A DNA stretch of 64,000 bases, taken from assembly GCA_963810205.1 (NCBI GenBank), contig CAWEMP010000018.1, positions 169,001 through 233,000 of the forward strand, in the 5' to 3' direction. The DNA comes from an uncultured Acidobacteriota bacterium (lineage in GTDB: Bacteria > Acidobacteriota > Thermoanaerobaculia > UBA5066 > Gp7-AA6). Below the pieces are notes generated by a model, which saw only the letters and a list, made by a program, of their open reading frames with translations, was not told the DNA's origin and made no database searches. Below are positions 54,761 through 64,000 of the stretch, piece after piece (the stretch's first letter is position 1; every line of letters begins with the position of its first letter). The position numbers and the translations under genes are program-made.

Positions 54761-54892
54761 TTATGCGAAACGCTTCAGGAGCCAGCCGGCTGCGAGGGCC
54801 AGGAGCGCCAGGGCCGCCATGAAGCCGAGCACGTAGAGGAGGATCGGCAGGAACCGCGCGTTTTGCGGATCGTCGCCCTCCGGATCATCCAT
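54761..54892 (-). CDS. small hypothetical membrane protein (43 aa)
   Basis: [43 protein letters not shown]. Its ATG lies inside the last codons of trxB (ATGGATGA), suggesting coupling. It has one TM helix and no family is recognised. Confidence 0.35.
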   Translation of the reverse strand: MDDPEGDDPQNARFLPILLYVLGFMAALALLALAAGWLLKRFA

Positions 54893-55835
54893 GGATCCCC
54901 TGAGCGGCGAGCCACCGCTCCGCGTCGATCGCGGCCTTGCAGCCCTCGCCCGCGGCGGACACGGCCTGTCGGTAGGTCGGGTCGGCGACGTCGCCGGCGG
55001 CAAAGACGCCCTCGACGGAGGTGGCGGTCGAGGGATGCTTGATCTTGACGTAGCCGACGTCGTTCATCTCGAGCTGGCCCCGGAAAATCGCCGTGTTCGG
55101 CGAGTGACCGATCGCGACGAAGACGCCCTGGGTGGCGAAGGCCTCGCTCGCGCCCGTGCGGGTGTCCTGGAGCGTCACGCCCGTGACGCCCTTCTCGTCG
55201 CCCTGGATGTCGGTGACCGTCGCGAAGAGCTTCCAGGCGATCTTCGGATTGCTCCGCGCCCGATCCAGCATGATCCGCGACGCCCGAAAGTCCTCGCGGC
55301 GGTGCACGATCGTGACCTTCGAAGCGAACTTGGTCAGGAAGTTCGCCTCCTCCATCGCGGTGTCGCCGCCCCCCACGACCACGACCTCCTTGCCCTTGAA
55401 GAAGAACCCGTCGCAGGTCGCGCAGGCAGACACGCCGCGGCCCATGAGACGCGTCTCGGACTCGATGCCGAGGAGCTTCGCCGAGGCCCCGGAGGAGACG
55501 ATGACGGCGTCGGCGGTGACCGATCCTCCGGCGTCCAGGTGCAGCCGGAAGGGCCGCCGGTCGAAGTCGACGCCGGTGACCGTGTCGAGCACGACCTCCG
55601 TGCCGAAGCGCTTCGCCTGCTCGCGGAAGACCTCCATCAGCTCGGGCCCCTGAATGCCGTCCTTGAAGCCGGGGTAGTTCTCGACCTCCGTGGTGATCGT
55701 GAGCTGGCCCCCGGGTTGCGGGCCTTCGAAGACGACCGGAGCCAGGTCGGCGCGGGAAGCGTAGAGGGCGGCGGTCCAGCCGGCGGGGCCCGATCCGATG
55801 ATCGCGATGTGGTAGTGCGTCTTGGTCGGTGGCAT
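54885..55835 (-). CDS. trxB: thioredoxin-disulfide reductase
   Basis: Intact 316-aa ORF with IIGSGPAG (FAD), the redox-active CATCDG motif, [12 protein letters not shown] (NADPH) and GVFAAGDV. Confidence 0.95.
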   Translation of the reverse strand: MPPTKTHYHIAIIGSGPAGWTAALYASRADLAPVVFEGPQPGGQLTITTEVENYPGFKDGIQGPELMEVFREQAKRFGTEVVLDTVTGVDFDRRPFRLHLDAGGSVTADAVIVSSGASAKLLGIESETRLMGRGVSACATCDGFFFKGKEVVVVGGGDTAMEEANFLTKFASKVTIVHRREDFRASRIMLDRARSNPKIAWKLFATVTDIQGDEKGVTGVTLQDTRTGASEAFATQGVFVAIGHSPNTAIFRGQLEMNDVGYVKIKHPSTATSVEGVFAAGDVADPTYRQAVSAAGEGCKAAIDAERWLAAQGIHG

Positions 55836-55880
55836 GGCGCCGGGAGGATATCAGCGCCGCCGGGCCGGTATCATCGGCCG

Positions 55881-57050
55881 ATGCGTCCCGCGCTCGCCCG
55901 AAAGCTCCAGGGGTTCGGGACGACCATCTTCACCGAGATGACGCGCCTCGCCAACGAGCGCGGCGCCATCAACCTCGCGCAGGGCTTCCCGGATTTCGAC
56001 GGTCCGGAGTTCGCGAAGACGGCCGCCATCGACGCGATCCGCGCCGGCCACGGCCAGTACGCGCGCATGACCGGGATCCCGGAGATCCACCGCGCGCTCT
56101 CGGCGAAGTACCGGCGCGACTGGGGGCTCGAGTACGCGGCCGACGCGGAGATCACCGTGACCTCGGGCGCGACCGAGGCGATCTTCTCCGCCATCCAGGG
56201 CGTCTGTGACGCCGGGGACGAGGTCGTTCTCTTCGAGCCCTACTACGACTCCTACAAGGCCAGCGTAGCGATGGCCGGCGCGGTGCCGCGCGTCGTGACG
56301 CTGCGCGCCCCGGACTGGACGTTCGACGAAGGCGAGCTGTCCGCGGCGTTCTCCGGCCGGACGCGGGCGCTGCTCGTCAACTCGCCGCACAACCCGACCG
56401 GGAAAGTGTTCTCGCGCGCGGAGCTCGAGGTCCTGGCCGCGCTCTGCCGCGAGCGCGACGTTCTCTGCATCACCGACGAGGTCTACGAGCACCTCGTCTA
56501 CGAAGGCCGCCACGTCCCGATGGCGACCCTGCCCGGCATGCGCGAGCGCACGATCACGATCTCGTCCTTCGGCAAGACCTTCTCCCTGACGGGGTGGAAG
56601 ATCGGCTGGGCCGCGGCCCCGCCGGAGCTGACGGCCGCCGTCCGCGCGGCGCACCAGTTCGTCACGTTCGCCACGGCGACGCCCCTTCAGCACGGCGCCT
56701 CCGCGGCCCTGTCGGCCGGGCCGGAGTACTACGGCGCCCTCCAGTCGGACTACCGCGGCAAGCGCGACTATCTGGTCGCGGAGCTCGCGCGCCTCGGCTT
56801 CTCGGTCCGCGCCCCGCAGGGAACGTACTTCGCCTGCGCGGACTTCCGGCCGTTCGGCTTCGACGACGACCGCGTGTTCGTCCGGCACATGATCGAGAAG
56901 GCCGGCGTCGCCGCGATCCCGCCGAGCGTGTTTTACGACCACCCCGAGCACGGCCGCCACTACGTCCGCTTCGCCTTCTGCAAGAAACAGGAGACGCTCG
57001 AAGCGGCGGTCGCGCGCCTCTCCTCCCTCTCCCGGCGGGAGAGGGCGTGA
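55881..57050 (+). CDS. class I/II PLP-dependent aminotransferase (YbdL/kynurenine-glutamine transaminase-like)
   Basis: ATG 55881 opens 389 aa. NLAQGFPDF, SPHNPTG and SFGKTFSLTGWKIGW (PLP lysine context) are typical of methionine/glutamine transaminase-type enzymes. Confidence 0.85.
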   Translation: MRPALARKLQGFGTTIFTEMTRLANERGAINLAQGFPDFDGPEFAKTAAIDAIRAGHGQYARMTGIPEIHRALSAKYRRDWGLEYAADAEITVTSGATEAIFSAIQGVCDAGDEVVLFEPYYDSYKASVAMAGAVPRVVTLRAPDWTFDEGELSAAFSGRTRALLVNSPHNPTGKVFSRAELEVLAALCRERDVLCITDEVYEHLVYEGRHVPMATLPGMRERTITISSFGKTFSLTGWKIGWAAAPPELTAAVRAAHQFVTFATATPLQHGASAALSAGPEYYGALQSDYRGKRDYLVAELARLGFSVRAPQGTYFACADFRPFGFDDDRVFVRHMIEKAGVAAIPPSVFYDHPEHGRHYVRFAFCKKQETLEAAVARLSSLSRRERA

Positions 57051-57060
57051 GGGGTTCCCT

Positions 57061-57831
57061 GTGCGCCTAGCCCTCGTGCAGATGGACCTCGCCTGGGAGG
57101 ACGTTGCGGAGAACCACCGCCGCGCGCGGCGGCACCTCGAGCACGCGCGCAACGGCGGGGCGAGGCTGGCGCTCCTGCCGGAGATGTTCTGCACCGGGTT
57201 CTCGATGGAGTCGGACCGCATCGCGCAGCCCGCCGGCGGCCCGTCGGAGACGTTTCTTCGCGACACCGCGCGCGAGCTCGGGATCTCGATCCTCGCCTCC
57301 GTTCCCGAGGCGGGGCAGCCGCGTCCCCGCAACATGGCGATCCTGGCCGGGCCGGACGGGACTCTGACGAAGTACGCCAAGATCCATCCGTTCACGTTCG
57401 GCGGAGAGCATCGCGTCTACGCGGGCGGGGACGGAATCGTCACGGTGCCCGTCGAGGGGGCGCGCGTGACGCCCTTCGTCTGCTACGACCTGCGCTTCCC
57501 CGAGCCCTTCCGCCTGGCCGCCGAGGACACCGACCTCTTCGCCGTCGTCGCCAACTGGCCCGAGGCCCGGCGCGAGCACTGGCGGACGCTGCTCCGCGCC
57601 CGCGCGATCGAGAACCTGTGCTACGTGGCGGGTGTGAACCGCGTGGGCGAAGGCGGCAAGCTCCGCTACGCCGGCGACTCGGTCGTCGTGTCGCCCTGGG
57701 GCGAGACGCTGGTGGAAGGCGGAGCGGAGGAAGCCGTCCTCTTCGCCGACGTCGATCCCGCCGCGGTCCGCGACGCCCGGGCGAAGTTCCCCGCTCTCCG
57801 GGACCGCCGCCCGGAGGCCTACCGAAGATAG
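57061..57831 (+). CDS. carbon-nitrogen hydrolase (omega-amidase/YafV-like nitrilase superfamily)
   Basis: Intact 256-aa ORF. It has the catalytic-triad contexts LPEMF (Glu), KIHPF (Lys) and VCYDLRFPE (Cys). Confidence 0.85.
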   Translation: MRLALVQMDLAWEDVAENHRRARRHLEHARNGGARLALLPEMFCTGFSMESDRIAQPAGGPSETFLRDTARELGISILASVPEAGQPRPRNMAILAGPDGTLTKYAKIHPFTFGGEHRVYAGGDGIVTVPVEGARVTPFVCYDLRFPEPFRLAAEDTDLFAVVANWPEARREHWRTLLRARAIENLCYVAGVNRVGEGGKLRYAGDSVVVSPWGETLVEGGAEEAVLFADVDPAAVRDARAKFPALRDRRPEAYRR

Positions 57832-57907
57832 CCGCGGAATCTCGCCCTTGATCCGATTGCATCTATTGCCGTGCCGGGCGTCGGCAGAGACTGCCCCCGG
57901 ACAAGCG

Positions 57908-58576
57908 ATGGGCCGACTCGTGCGGACCTCGATCGCTCTGGCCGCGCTCGGTTTGGCGCGGGGGCTGGAGGCGCAAGTCGTCACCCCGAGCCATCCTTCG
58001 TGGCCGCCTCTGGCGCGCTTCGAAATCGCCGTCCTGGCGGGCTACCGGTTCGAGAGCACGCTGACCTTCCGGGAGCCCGTGCGGTACGACCGCGTCGAGA
58101 TCGACAACGCCCCGACCTGGGGCGTCACCGGGGGCTACAACCTGAACCCGTACTGGGGGACCGAGATCCAGTACAGCTACGCGAATGTCGAAGCGACCGC
58201 GATCGCGCTCGATCCGGGGGGCCCGGACCGCTCGTTCTTCGTCGGCCTGCACGATTTCCAGCTCGGCTTGTATGCCTACCTCGCCGAGCCGGCCGAGACT
58301 GTTCGGCCGTTTCTGGAGCTGGCCATCGGAGCGACGGTGTTGAACAGCGATCAGAGCCTCGACGAGAAGGTGCAGCTTTCCCTGGGCGTTTCGGTCGGCC
58401 TGAAGGCCTACCTCAGCGACCACGTCGGGCTGCGTGCGGAGGTCCACTACGTCCCCGTGTTCCTGTACTCGACCGGAACCGACCCGTGGGTGTGCTACGA
58501 CTCCGTCTGCTGGGACACGGGCGGCCGTTATCTGCAGCAGGTGGATCTGCGGGCGGGCCTGACCTTCCGCTTCTGA
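57908..58576 (+). CDS. outer-membrane beta-barrel protein
   Basis: ATG 57908 opens the signal MGRLVRTSIALAALGLARGLEA. The body has alternating hydrophobic beta-strand periodicity and the terminal LTFRF (aromatic C-terminal residue). The track ORF starts earlier, at 57848. Confidence 0.6.
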   Translation: MGRLVRTSIALAALGLARGLEAQVVTPSHPSWPPLARFEIAVLAGYRFESTLTFREPVRYDRVEIDNAPTWGVTGGYNLNPYWGTEIQYSYANVEATAIALDPGGPDRSFFVGLHDFQLGLYAYLAEPAETVRPFLELAIGATVLNSDQSLDEKVQLSLGVSVGLKAYLSDHVGLRAEVHYVPVFLYSTGTDPWVCYDSVCWDTGGRYLQQVDLRAGLTFRF

Positions 58577-58579
58577 GGG

Positions 58580-59266
58580 CTATTTCGGGGCTCGGCGGAG
58601 GAACCGCACTGCGTTGTCGTGCAGGATGTCCCGCTTCTGCGCGGCCGTGAGGAAGTCGGCGGACTCGATCGCCTCGATCGCGATGCGGGTCCGCTCGGGA
58701 TCCTTCGTCGCGTCCGAGCCGAACAGGATCCGGGCGGCGAAGCCGGTCTCGACGAAGCGGCGCAGGTACGCGTGAAACCCGGCTCGCGGAAGCGTGCAGG
58801 CGATGACGCTCGTGTCGACGGAGACCTGCGGATAGCGCCACATCAAGGCGACCATCGCGTCGCCCATCGGCCAGCCGGCGCGCGAAACGACCACGCGGAG
58901 CTTCGGGTGGCGCACGAGGACGCTCTCGAGCCTGAGCGGATCGCCGAGAGCCGCTCGGTAGCCCGGAGCAGGCGCGGCGCCGGGCGGCTCCGGGCCGAGC
59001 GGGATTGCGACGGGCAGGTCGAGCTCCTCGGCGAGCGACCAGTAAGGCTCGAGTCGCGGGTCGTCGGGGGCGATGCCGTCCTCCTGGGCGAGCAACGGCC
59101 CGAGCACCTCGGCCCGACTCTCCTGGAGGCGGCGGCGCAGCCCCTCGAGGTCCGGCCGGCGGGCGTCGACGTGGAGGGCCCCCGCCGCGACCGCGGCGAG
59201 GTCGATGACCGGCGGCACCGGCGGTGCCGGTGCGAGCGACGGGGGAGCAGGCGTCGGAATCGGCAC
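58580..59266 (-). CDS. amidohydrolase-2 (PF04909)-like domain protein; N-terminal boundary unresolved
   Basis: The C-terminal region ..LDLPVAIPLG..HPKLRVVVSRAGWP..ILFGSDATKD..QKRDILHDNAVRFL resembles amidohydrolase-2 strands 5-8. The expected His residues read Pro and Arg, and no HxH is visible. The same frame is open upstream through a Pro/Ala-rich tract. Confidence 0.45.
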   Translation of the reverse strand: MPIPTPAPPSLAPAPPVPPVIDLAAVAAGALHVDARRPDLEGLRRRLQESRAEVLGPLLAQEDGIAPDDPRLEPYWSLAEELDLPVAIPLGPEPPGAAPAPGYRAALGDPLRLESVLVRHPKLRVVVSRAGWPMGDAMVALMWRYPQVSVDTSVIACTLPRAGFHAYLRRFVETGFAARILFGSDATKDPERTRIAIEAIESADFLTAAQKRDILHDNAVRFLRRAPK

Positions 59267-59399
59267 GGGCCGTGCGGGCGTCGCCGTCGCGGGCGGAGTC
59301 GGAGCGGGCGGCGGGGCCGCGGGCGCCGGTGCTGCCGGCGCGCTGGCGTTCGTGTCGGCGGAACCGTGGCGGTGGCGACACCGGGAGTCGGGATCGGCG

Positions 59400-59808
59400 G
59401 CGCGCCCGGCGCGCGCGTCGGGCTGACGTCGACCATGACCCAGTACCCGGGGCTCGGTGGACGGGGGAACGTCGTCTCGCGAACCGCCCAGCGCAGGCAG
59501 ACGGCCACGGGAAGCGGCGGCCGCAACAGCACCTGGGACGGGCGGCCGTCGCCGCCGAGCTCGAGAAGCACGATGAACGGCGCGGAGTCCTCTTCCTTCG
59601 CCGAGTCGGCGCAGGCGACGAGGGCGTCGCGGAGCTTCTTCTCGTCGAAGCGCTCGGCGATGCGCGCGGCGTAGTCGCGGCCTTCGGCCGTCAGGAGCTT
59701 CGCCTTCGCCGCCGCGAGCGAATCGTCGAATCGGTCGGCGGCCAGACGGGACGGGAGCAGGGCGAGCAGGGCGGCGGCCGTCGCCAGGGCCCGCGGCGCG
59801 ATCCGCAC
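59400..59808 (-). CDS. hypothetical secreted protein; 3' boundary unresolved (runs into a Pro-rich tract, possibly fused to the downstream amidohydrolase-like ORF through a frameshift)
   Basis: GVRIAPRALATAAALLALLPSRLAA is a signal-like N-terminus read from GTG 59808, which lies 8 nt after the aminotransferase stop. A domain of about 110 aa follows (..FIVLLELGGDGRPSQVLLRPPLPVAVCLRWAV..), then PTPGVATATVPP... in the frame of ORF 58843..61011. Confidence 0.35.
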
Positions 59809-59815
59809 GGACGCC

Positions 59816-61011
59816 CTAGGGGCGCCCGGCCGTCGCGTGCGCGAACGCCGCGAGCGCTTCGACGCCGCCGGCGATCGTCTCGTCGGACACGGAGAACGAG
59901 AACCGCAGGTGCCCTTCGCCTTCGGGGCCGAAGACGATTCCGGGCACCGTCGCGACCTTCGCCTCGTCGAGCAGCGTGCGCGCGGCCGCGCGCGAGTCGG
60001 AGGGCAGCCACGAACGGCGTCCGGGGAAAGAGGTACAGGGCGGCCCGCGGCGCCTCGAGCGCGAATCCCGCGGCCTTCAGCCCCGCGACGAGGCGATCGC
60101 GCCGCGTGCGGTACCCGGCCTTCCACTCCCCGACGAACTCCGTGCCCCGCGCGAGGGCCTCCACGGCGGCCCACTGCGTCGGCGTCGACACGCCGTTGGT
60201 CGTGTAGAGCACGACCGTCTTGATCGGCATCTGGTAGCGCTTCGGGGCGAGGACGTAGCCGAGCCGCCAGCCCGTCATCGAGTAGCTCTTGGAGAGGGTG
60301 TAGCAGGTGATCGTCCGTTCGAACATCCCGGGCAGCGACGCCATCGCGACGGACGGCTCGCCCTCGTAGATGAGGTCTTCGTAGGCCTCGTCGGCGACGA
60401 CGGCGAGGCCGCGCTCGCGGGCGAAGGCGGCGACCTCCTCGGTCTCGGACCGTGAAAAGACGTCGCCGGTGGGGTTGCTGGGGCTGTTCCAGTAGATGAC
60501 CTTCGTTCGCGCCGTGACCCGGGCGGCGAGCGCCGCCGTCAGGCCGTTGCGCCGCGCCTGCGCCGGTGGCGACCAGGACCGGCGTCGCCTGGTGATACGC
60601 CACGAGATCGACGATCGGCGTCCAGTAGGGCGAGAGCAGCAGCACTTCGTCGCCCGGATCGAGCAGCGTCGCGAACGCGGCGAAGAGGCCCTGCATGCCG
60701 CCGTTGACGACGATGGGCGACTCGTCGTCGGCGGGGATGCCGTTGCGGTCGCGGGCTTTCGCGAGGATCGCCTGCCGCAGCTCCGGGATCCCGGAGGACG
60801 GCGCGTAGCGCGTCTGGTTGCGCGCCAGCGCGTCTCCCATGGCGGCCTTGACGCTCTCCGGCGTGTTCATCCAGGGCTCGCCGCCCTCGAAGCGCCAGAC
60901 CTTCTGGCCCGAGGACAGGAGCTCGATGACGCGGTTGCGGACCTTGACGATCTCCGAGAATCCGACGCTCTCGAAGCGCCGCGCGGTGCGGGGAAACGAG
61001 CCTTCGGTCAC
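59816..61011 (-). pseudogene. class I/II PLP-dependent (aspartate-type) aminotransferase, several frameshifts
   Basis: GTG 61011 opens about 150 clean aa (..RYAPSSGIPELRQAI..VVNGGMQGLF..LLLSPYWTPI). The remainder is in other frames: NSPSNPTG, ORF 59691..60344 with YTLSKSYSMTGWRLGY, and ..ATVPGIVFGPEGEGHLRFSF. The stop is TAG 59816-59818. Confidence 0.75.
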
Positions 61012-61024
61012 CGTCGCGCCCGCC

Positions 61025-61204
61025 TCAGACGGCGGCCTTCCGGCCGGGTCCCATCAGGAAATAGAGGACCATGCCGATGACCGGAAGAAAGATGACGAGG
61101 AGGCACCAGAGGATCTTGGTTCCGGTGTCGGCGCCGCTCTTCAGGATCGAGACGATCGCGATGATGTCGAGAACGAGGACGACGAGGCCCAGGAAGGAGT
61201 ACAT
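61025..61204 (-). CDS. PLDc_N-type small membrane protein
   Basis: ATG 61204 follows AAGGAGG and opens 59 aa with two TM helices. ILWCLLVIFLPVIGMVLYFLMG resembles the PLD N-terminal membrane domain family. Confidence 0.55.
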   Translation of the reverse strand: MYSFLGLVVLVLDIIAIVSILKSGADTGTKILWCLLVIFLPVIGMVLYFLMGPGRKAAV

Positions 61205-61215
61205 GGGACCCTCCT

Positions 61216-62763
61216 TTACAGCTTCTCCGAGATCGCCTTCTGCTGGGTGAAGAGATAGAGATACTCGCGGCCGCCGGCCTTCGAGTCCGTTCCCGACATG
61301 TTGAAGCCGCCGAACGGGTGGACGCCGACCAGAGCGCCGGTGCACTTGCGGTTCAGGTACAGGTTGCCCACGTGGAGCTCGCGCTTGCCGCGCTCGAGCC
61401 GCTCGCGCACCCGCGAGTAGAGCGAGCCGGTCAGGCCGTACTCCGAGTGGTTCGCGACCCGGATGCCCTCGTCGAAGTTGCGCACCTTCAGGACGGCGAG
61501 CACGGGCCCGAAGATCTCCTCGCAGGCCAGGCGGCCGTTGGGCTGGACGCCGTCGACGACCGTCGGCATGACGAAGTAGCCCTGCTTCGGCCCGGCCTTG
61601 CCGCCCGCGACGACACGGCCTTCCTTCCGGCCGAGCGCCGCGTATTCGAGGATCTTCTTGTGGGCGCGCTCGTTGATCACGGCACCGACGGTGTTCTTCG
61701 GGTCGCGCACGTCGCCGACGGAGAGCGCTTTCGTCTTCGCCACCACGCGCGCGAGCAGGTCCTTGTGGACCTTCTGGTGGACGATCACGCGCGAGCATGC
61801 CGAGCACTTCTGTCCCTGGAAGCCGAAGGCCGCCGCGACGATGCCGTTGGCGGCTTCTTCGACGTCCGCGGTCTCGTCGACGAGGATGAAGTCCTTGCCG
61901 CCCATCTCGAGAATCGCCCGCTTGATCCAGATCTGTCCCGGGACGACGCGGCCCGCCTTCTCGGACACCTGCAGGCCGACGTCGCGCGATCCCGTGAAAG
62001 CGATGAGCCGCGTCTTCGGATGCTCGACCAGGGCGTTGCCGACGGTCGCGCCGCCGCCCGTGAGGAAGTTCAGCACGCCGTCCGGGACGCCGGCCTCGTC
62101 GCAGGCGTCGAGGAACATCGACGCGATGCCGGCGGCGTCGGAGGAGGGCTTCAGGACGACCGTGTTTCCGGCGACGAGGGCCGCGGTCGTCATGCCGGTC
62201 AGGATCGCGAGCGGAAAGTTCCAGGGCGGGATGACGACGGCCACGCCCAGCGGGATGTGCTCGAGCTCGTTGTACTCCCCGGGGTAGGGCGTCAGCGGCT
62301 GGGGGAGCGCCAGCCGCTCCATCTCGCGCGCGTAGAACTCGCAGAAGTCGATCGCCTCGGCCGTGTCGCCGTCGGCCTCGGCCCAGGACTTGGACTCCTC
62401 GAGCACCATCATGGCGGAGAACTCGTGCTTGCGGCGCCGGAGGATCGAGGCGATGCGCAGGACGAGGGCCGACCGCTCTCCGTGCGGCGTCCGGCTCCAG
62501 GCCGGGAAGGCCTTCGTCGCCGCGTCCACGGCCCTCGCCGCGTCGGCCACGGTGCCCTCGGGGAAGCGCCCGATCACCTGCCGGAAGTCGGAGGGATTGA
62601 GAGATTCGAAGTGCTTCGAGGCGCCGAAGTCCTTGCCCCCGATTCGGTTCTTGCCCCGGATCGGAAGCCGCTTTTCGACCGCGGCGAGCGCCGCGCGGAA
62701 GGCTTTCGCGTTGGCGTCGACGGAGAAATCGGTGAAGGGCTCGTTGCGGAACTCAGGAAGCAA
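61216..62763 (-). CDS. pruA: L-glutamate gamma-semialdehyde (1-pyrroline-5-carboxylate) dehydrogenase
   Basis: Intact 515-aa aldehyde dehydrogenase with the PruA/RocA-type N-terminus (NEPFTDFS) and ..VVIPPWNFPLAI... The catalytic EMGGKD and FGFQGQKCSACSR motifs are present. Confidence 0.9.
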   Translation of the reverse strand: MLPEFRNEPFTDFSVDANAKAFRAALAAVEKRLPIRGKNRIGGKDFGASKHFESLNPSDFRQVIGRFPEGTVADAARAVDAATKAFPAWSRTPHGERSALVLRIASILRRRKHEFSAMMVLEESKSWAEADGDTAEAIDFCEFYAREMERLALPQPLTPYPGEYNELEHIPLGVAVVIPPWNFPLAILTGMTTAALVAGNTVVLKPSSDAAGIASMFLDACDEAGVPDGVLNFLTGGGATVGNALVEHPKTRLIAFTGSRDVGLQVSEKAGRVVPGQIWIKRAILEMGGKDFILVDETADVEEAANGIVAAAFGFQGQKCSACSRVIVHQKVHKDLLARVVAKTKALSVGDVRDPKNTVGAVINERAHKKILEYAALGRKEGRVVAGGKAGPKQGYFVMPTVVDGVQPNGRLACEEIFGPVLAVLKVRNFDEGIRVANHSEYGLTGSLYSRVRERLERGKRELHVGNLYLNRKCTGALVGVHPFGGFNMSGTDSKAGGREYLYLFTQQKAISEKL

Positions 62764-62824
62764 GATGGGTCCTCCGAAGCGGAAAATCTATCAGAACGGG
62801 CGCTGGCGCCCGGCGGCTTCTGAG

Positions 62825-64000
62825 ATGATTCCCGTCGTGACCACGGCGGCCGGGGCGGCGGCGCTTTCGAACGAGGAGATCCGCCGCTACGCGCGTCACC
62901 TGATCCTCCCGGAGGTCGGCCCGGAGGGCCAGGCGAAGCTCAAGGCGGCGCGAGTGCTCCTCGTCGGCGCGGGCGGCCTCGGCTCTCCCGCCGCCCTCTA
63001 CCTCGCGGCGGCCGGGGTGGGGACGCTCGGCCTCGTCGACTTCGATCGCGTCGACGAGTCGAACCTCCATCGCCAGATCCTCTTCGGGACCTCGGACGTG
63101 GGGCGCCCGAAGCTCGCCGCCGCCGCCGCCCGTCTTCGCGACGTCAACCCCAACGTGCGGGTGGTGCCCTTCGAGACGCGGCTGACGTCGGAGAACGCCC
63201 TGGCGGTCCTCGCGGACTTCGACGTCGTCGCGGACGGAACGGACAACTTTCCGACGCGGTACCTGGTCAACGACGCCTGCGTGCTGCTCGGCAAGCCCAA
63301 CGTCTACGCGTCGATCTTCCGCTTCGAGGGGCAGGCGTCGGTCTTCGGCGCGCGGGACGGGCCGTGCTACCGCTGCCTCTACGCGGAGCCGCCGCCCCCG
63401 GGAGTCGTGCCCTCCTGCGCCGAGGGGGGAGTTCTCGGGGTGCTGCCGGGGCTCCTCGGCACGATCCAGGCGGCCGAGACGATCAAGCTGGTGCTCGGCG
63501 TCGGCGAGCCGCTCGTCGGCCGTCTCCTGCTCGTCGACGCTCTCGGCATGCGCTTTCGGGAGCTGAAAGTCCGCCGCAACCCCGATTGCGCCGTCTGCGG
63601 CCCGCGCCCCACCGTGACGCGGCTGATCGATTACGAGGCCTTTTGCGGGGAACCGCCGGCGCCGGCCTCTGGTATCGTCCCGCCGATGCACGGCCACGTC
63701 GAGGAAGTGTCCGTCGAAGAGCTCAAGCAGATGCGCGACCGCGGCGACGCGTCGTCCTCGTCGACGTCCGGGAGCCGCGCGAGTGGGCGATCTCGGACCT
63801 GCCGGACTCGGTCAAGATCCCGCTCGGGACGCTGCCCGAGAGCCTCGACAAGCTCTCGAAGGAGGACGACATCGTCGTCTACTGCCGCACGGGCGGGCGC
63901 AGCGGGAACGCGGTCCAGTTCCTCATGCAGCAGGGGTTCGATCGGGTGCGCAACCTCGCCGGCGGCATCAACAAGTGGGCGGAGCGGATCGACACGTCGC
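62825..64000 (+). pseudogene. moeB: MoeB/ThiF-type adenylyltransferase with C-terminal rhodanese domain (3' end cut by window; one frameshift near 63750)
   Basis: ATG 62825. It has RYARHLILPEVG, LVGAGGLGSPAALYLAAAGVG (nucleotide loop) and the CYRC...CAVC zinc pairs. After a 1-nt frame change it continues as VVLVDVREPREW..VVYCRTGGRS (rhodanese active-site loop). It is not in the ORF track because it has no stop within the window. Confidence 0.8.

Overview
Strongly GC-rich bacterial chromosomal window. The gene content resembles large soil Acidobacteriota-type genomes, but the taxon cannot be verified from the sequence alone. More than half of the window is one paralogous family of 13 Hanks-type Ser/Thr kinases, all on the + strand. 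Twelve have the layout kinase - single TM helix - PD40/TolB-like beta-propeller ectodomain; one has kinase - TolB-N-like - TPR. They fall into three sequence subfamilies. Some are tandem duplicates (K5/K6, K10/K11/K12) and some are translationally coupled through GTGA stop/start overlaps. Ordinary metabolic genes lie between them: ispG, trxB, pruA, a moeB-like gene, two aminotransferases, an omega-amidase, a P450, a beta-carbonic anhydrase, peptidases and lipoproteins.

The most unusual signal is a structured repeat of about 155-165 nt, present in 7 copies, all on the + strand. Its 3' domain is almost invariant. Its 5' domain keeps its stems through compensatory base changes. Each of the six complete copies sits 29-54 nt upstream of a kinase start codon. 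Three of them are fused at their exact 5' boundary to orphan kinase 5' stubs (the first ~24-26 codons, up to the glycine loop). This looks like repeated replacement of kinase 5' ends by a repeat + leader + new-start cassette.

About 20 genes, including 6 kinases, are broken only by 1-nt frameshifts. These frameshifts cluster in blocks that alternate with long clean blocks. Two of them are shared between tandem paralogs. Whether they are real pseudogenes or assembly errors cannot be decided from the sequence. No rRNA, tRNA, CRISPR array, transposase or phage genes were recognised.
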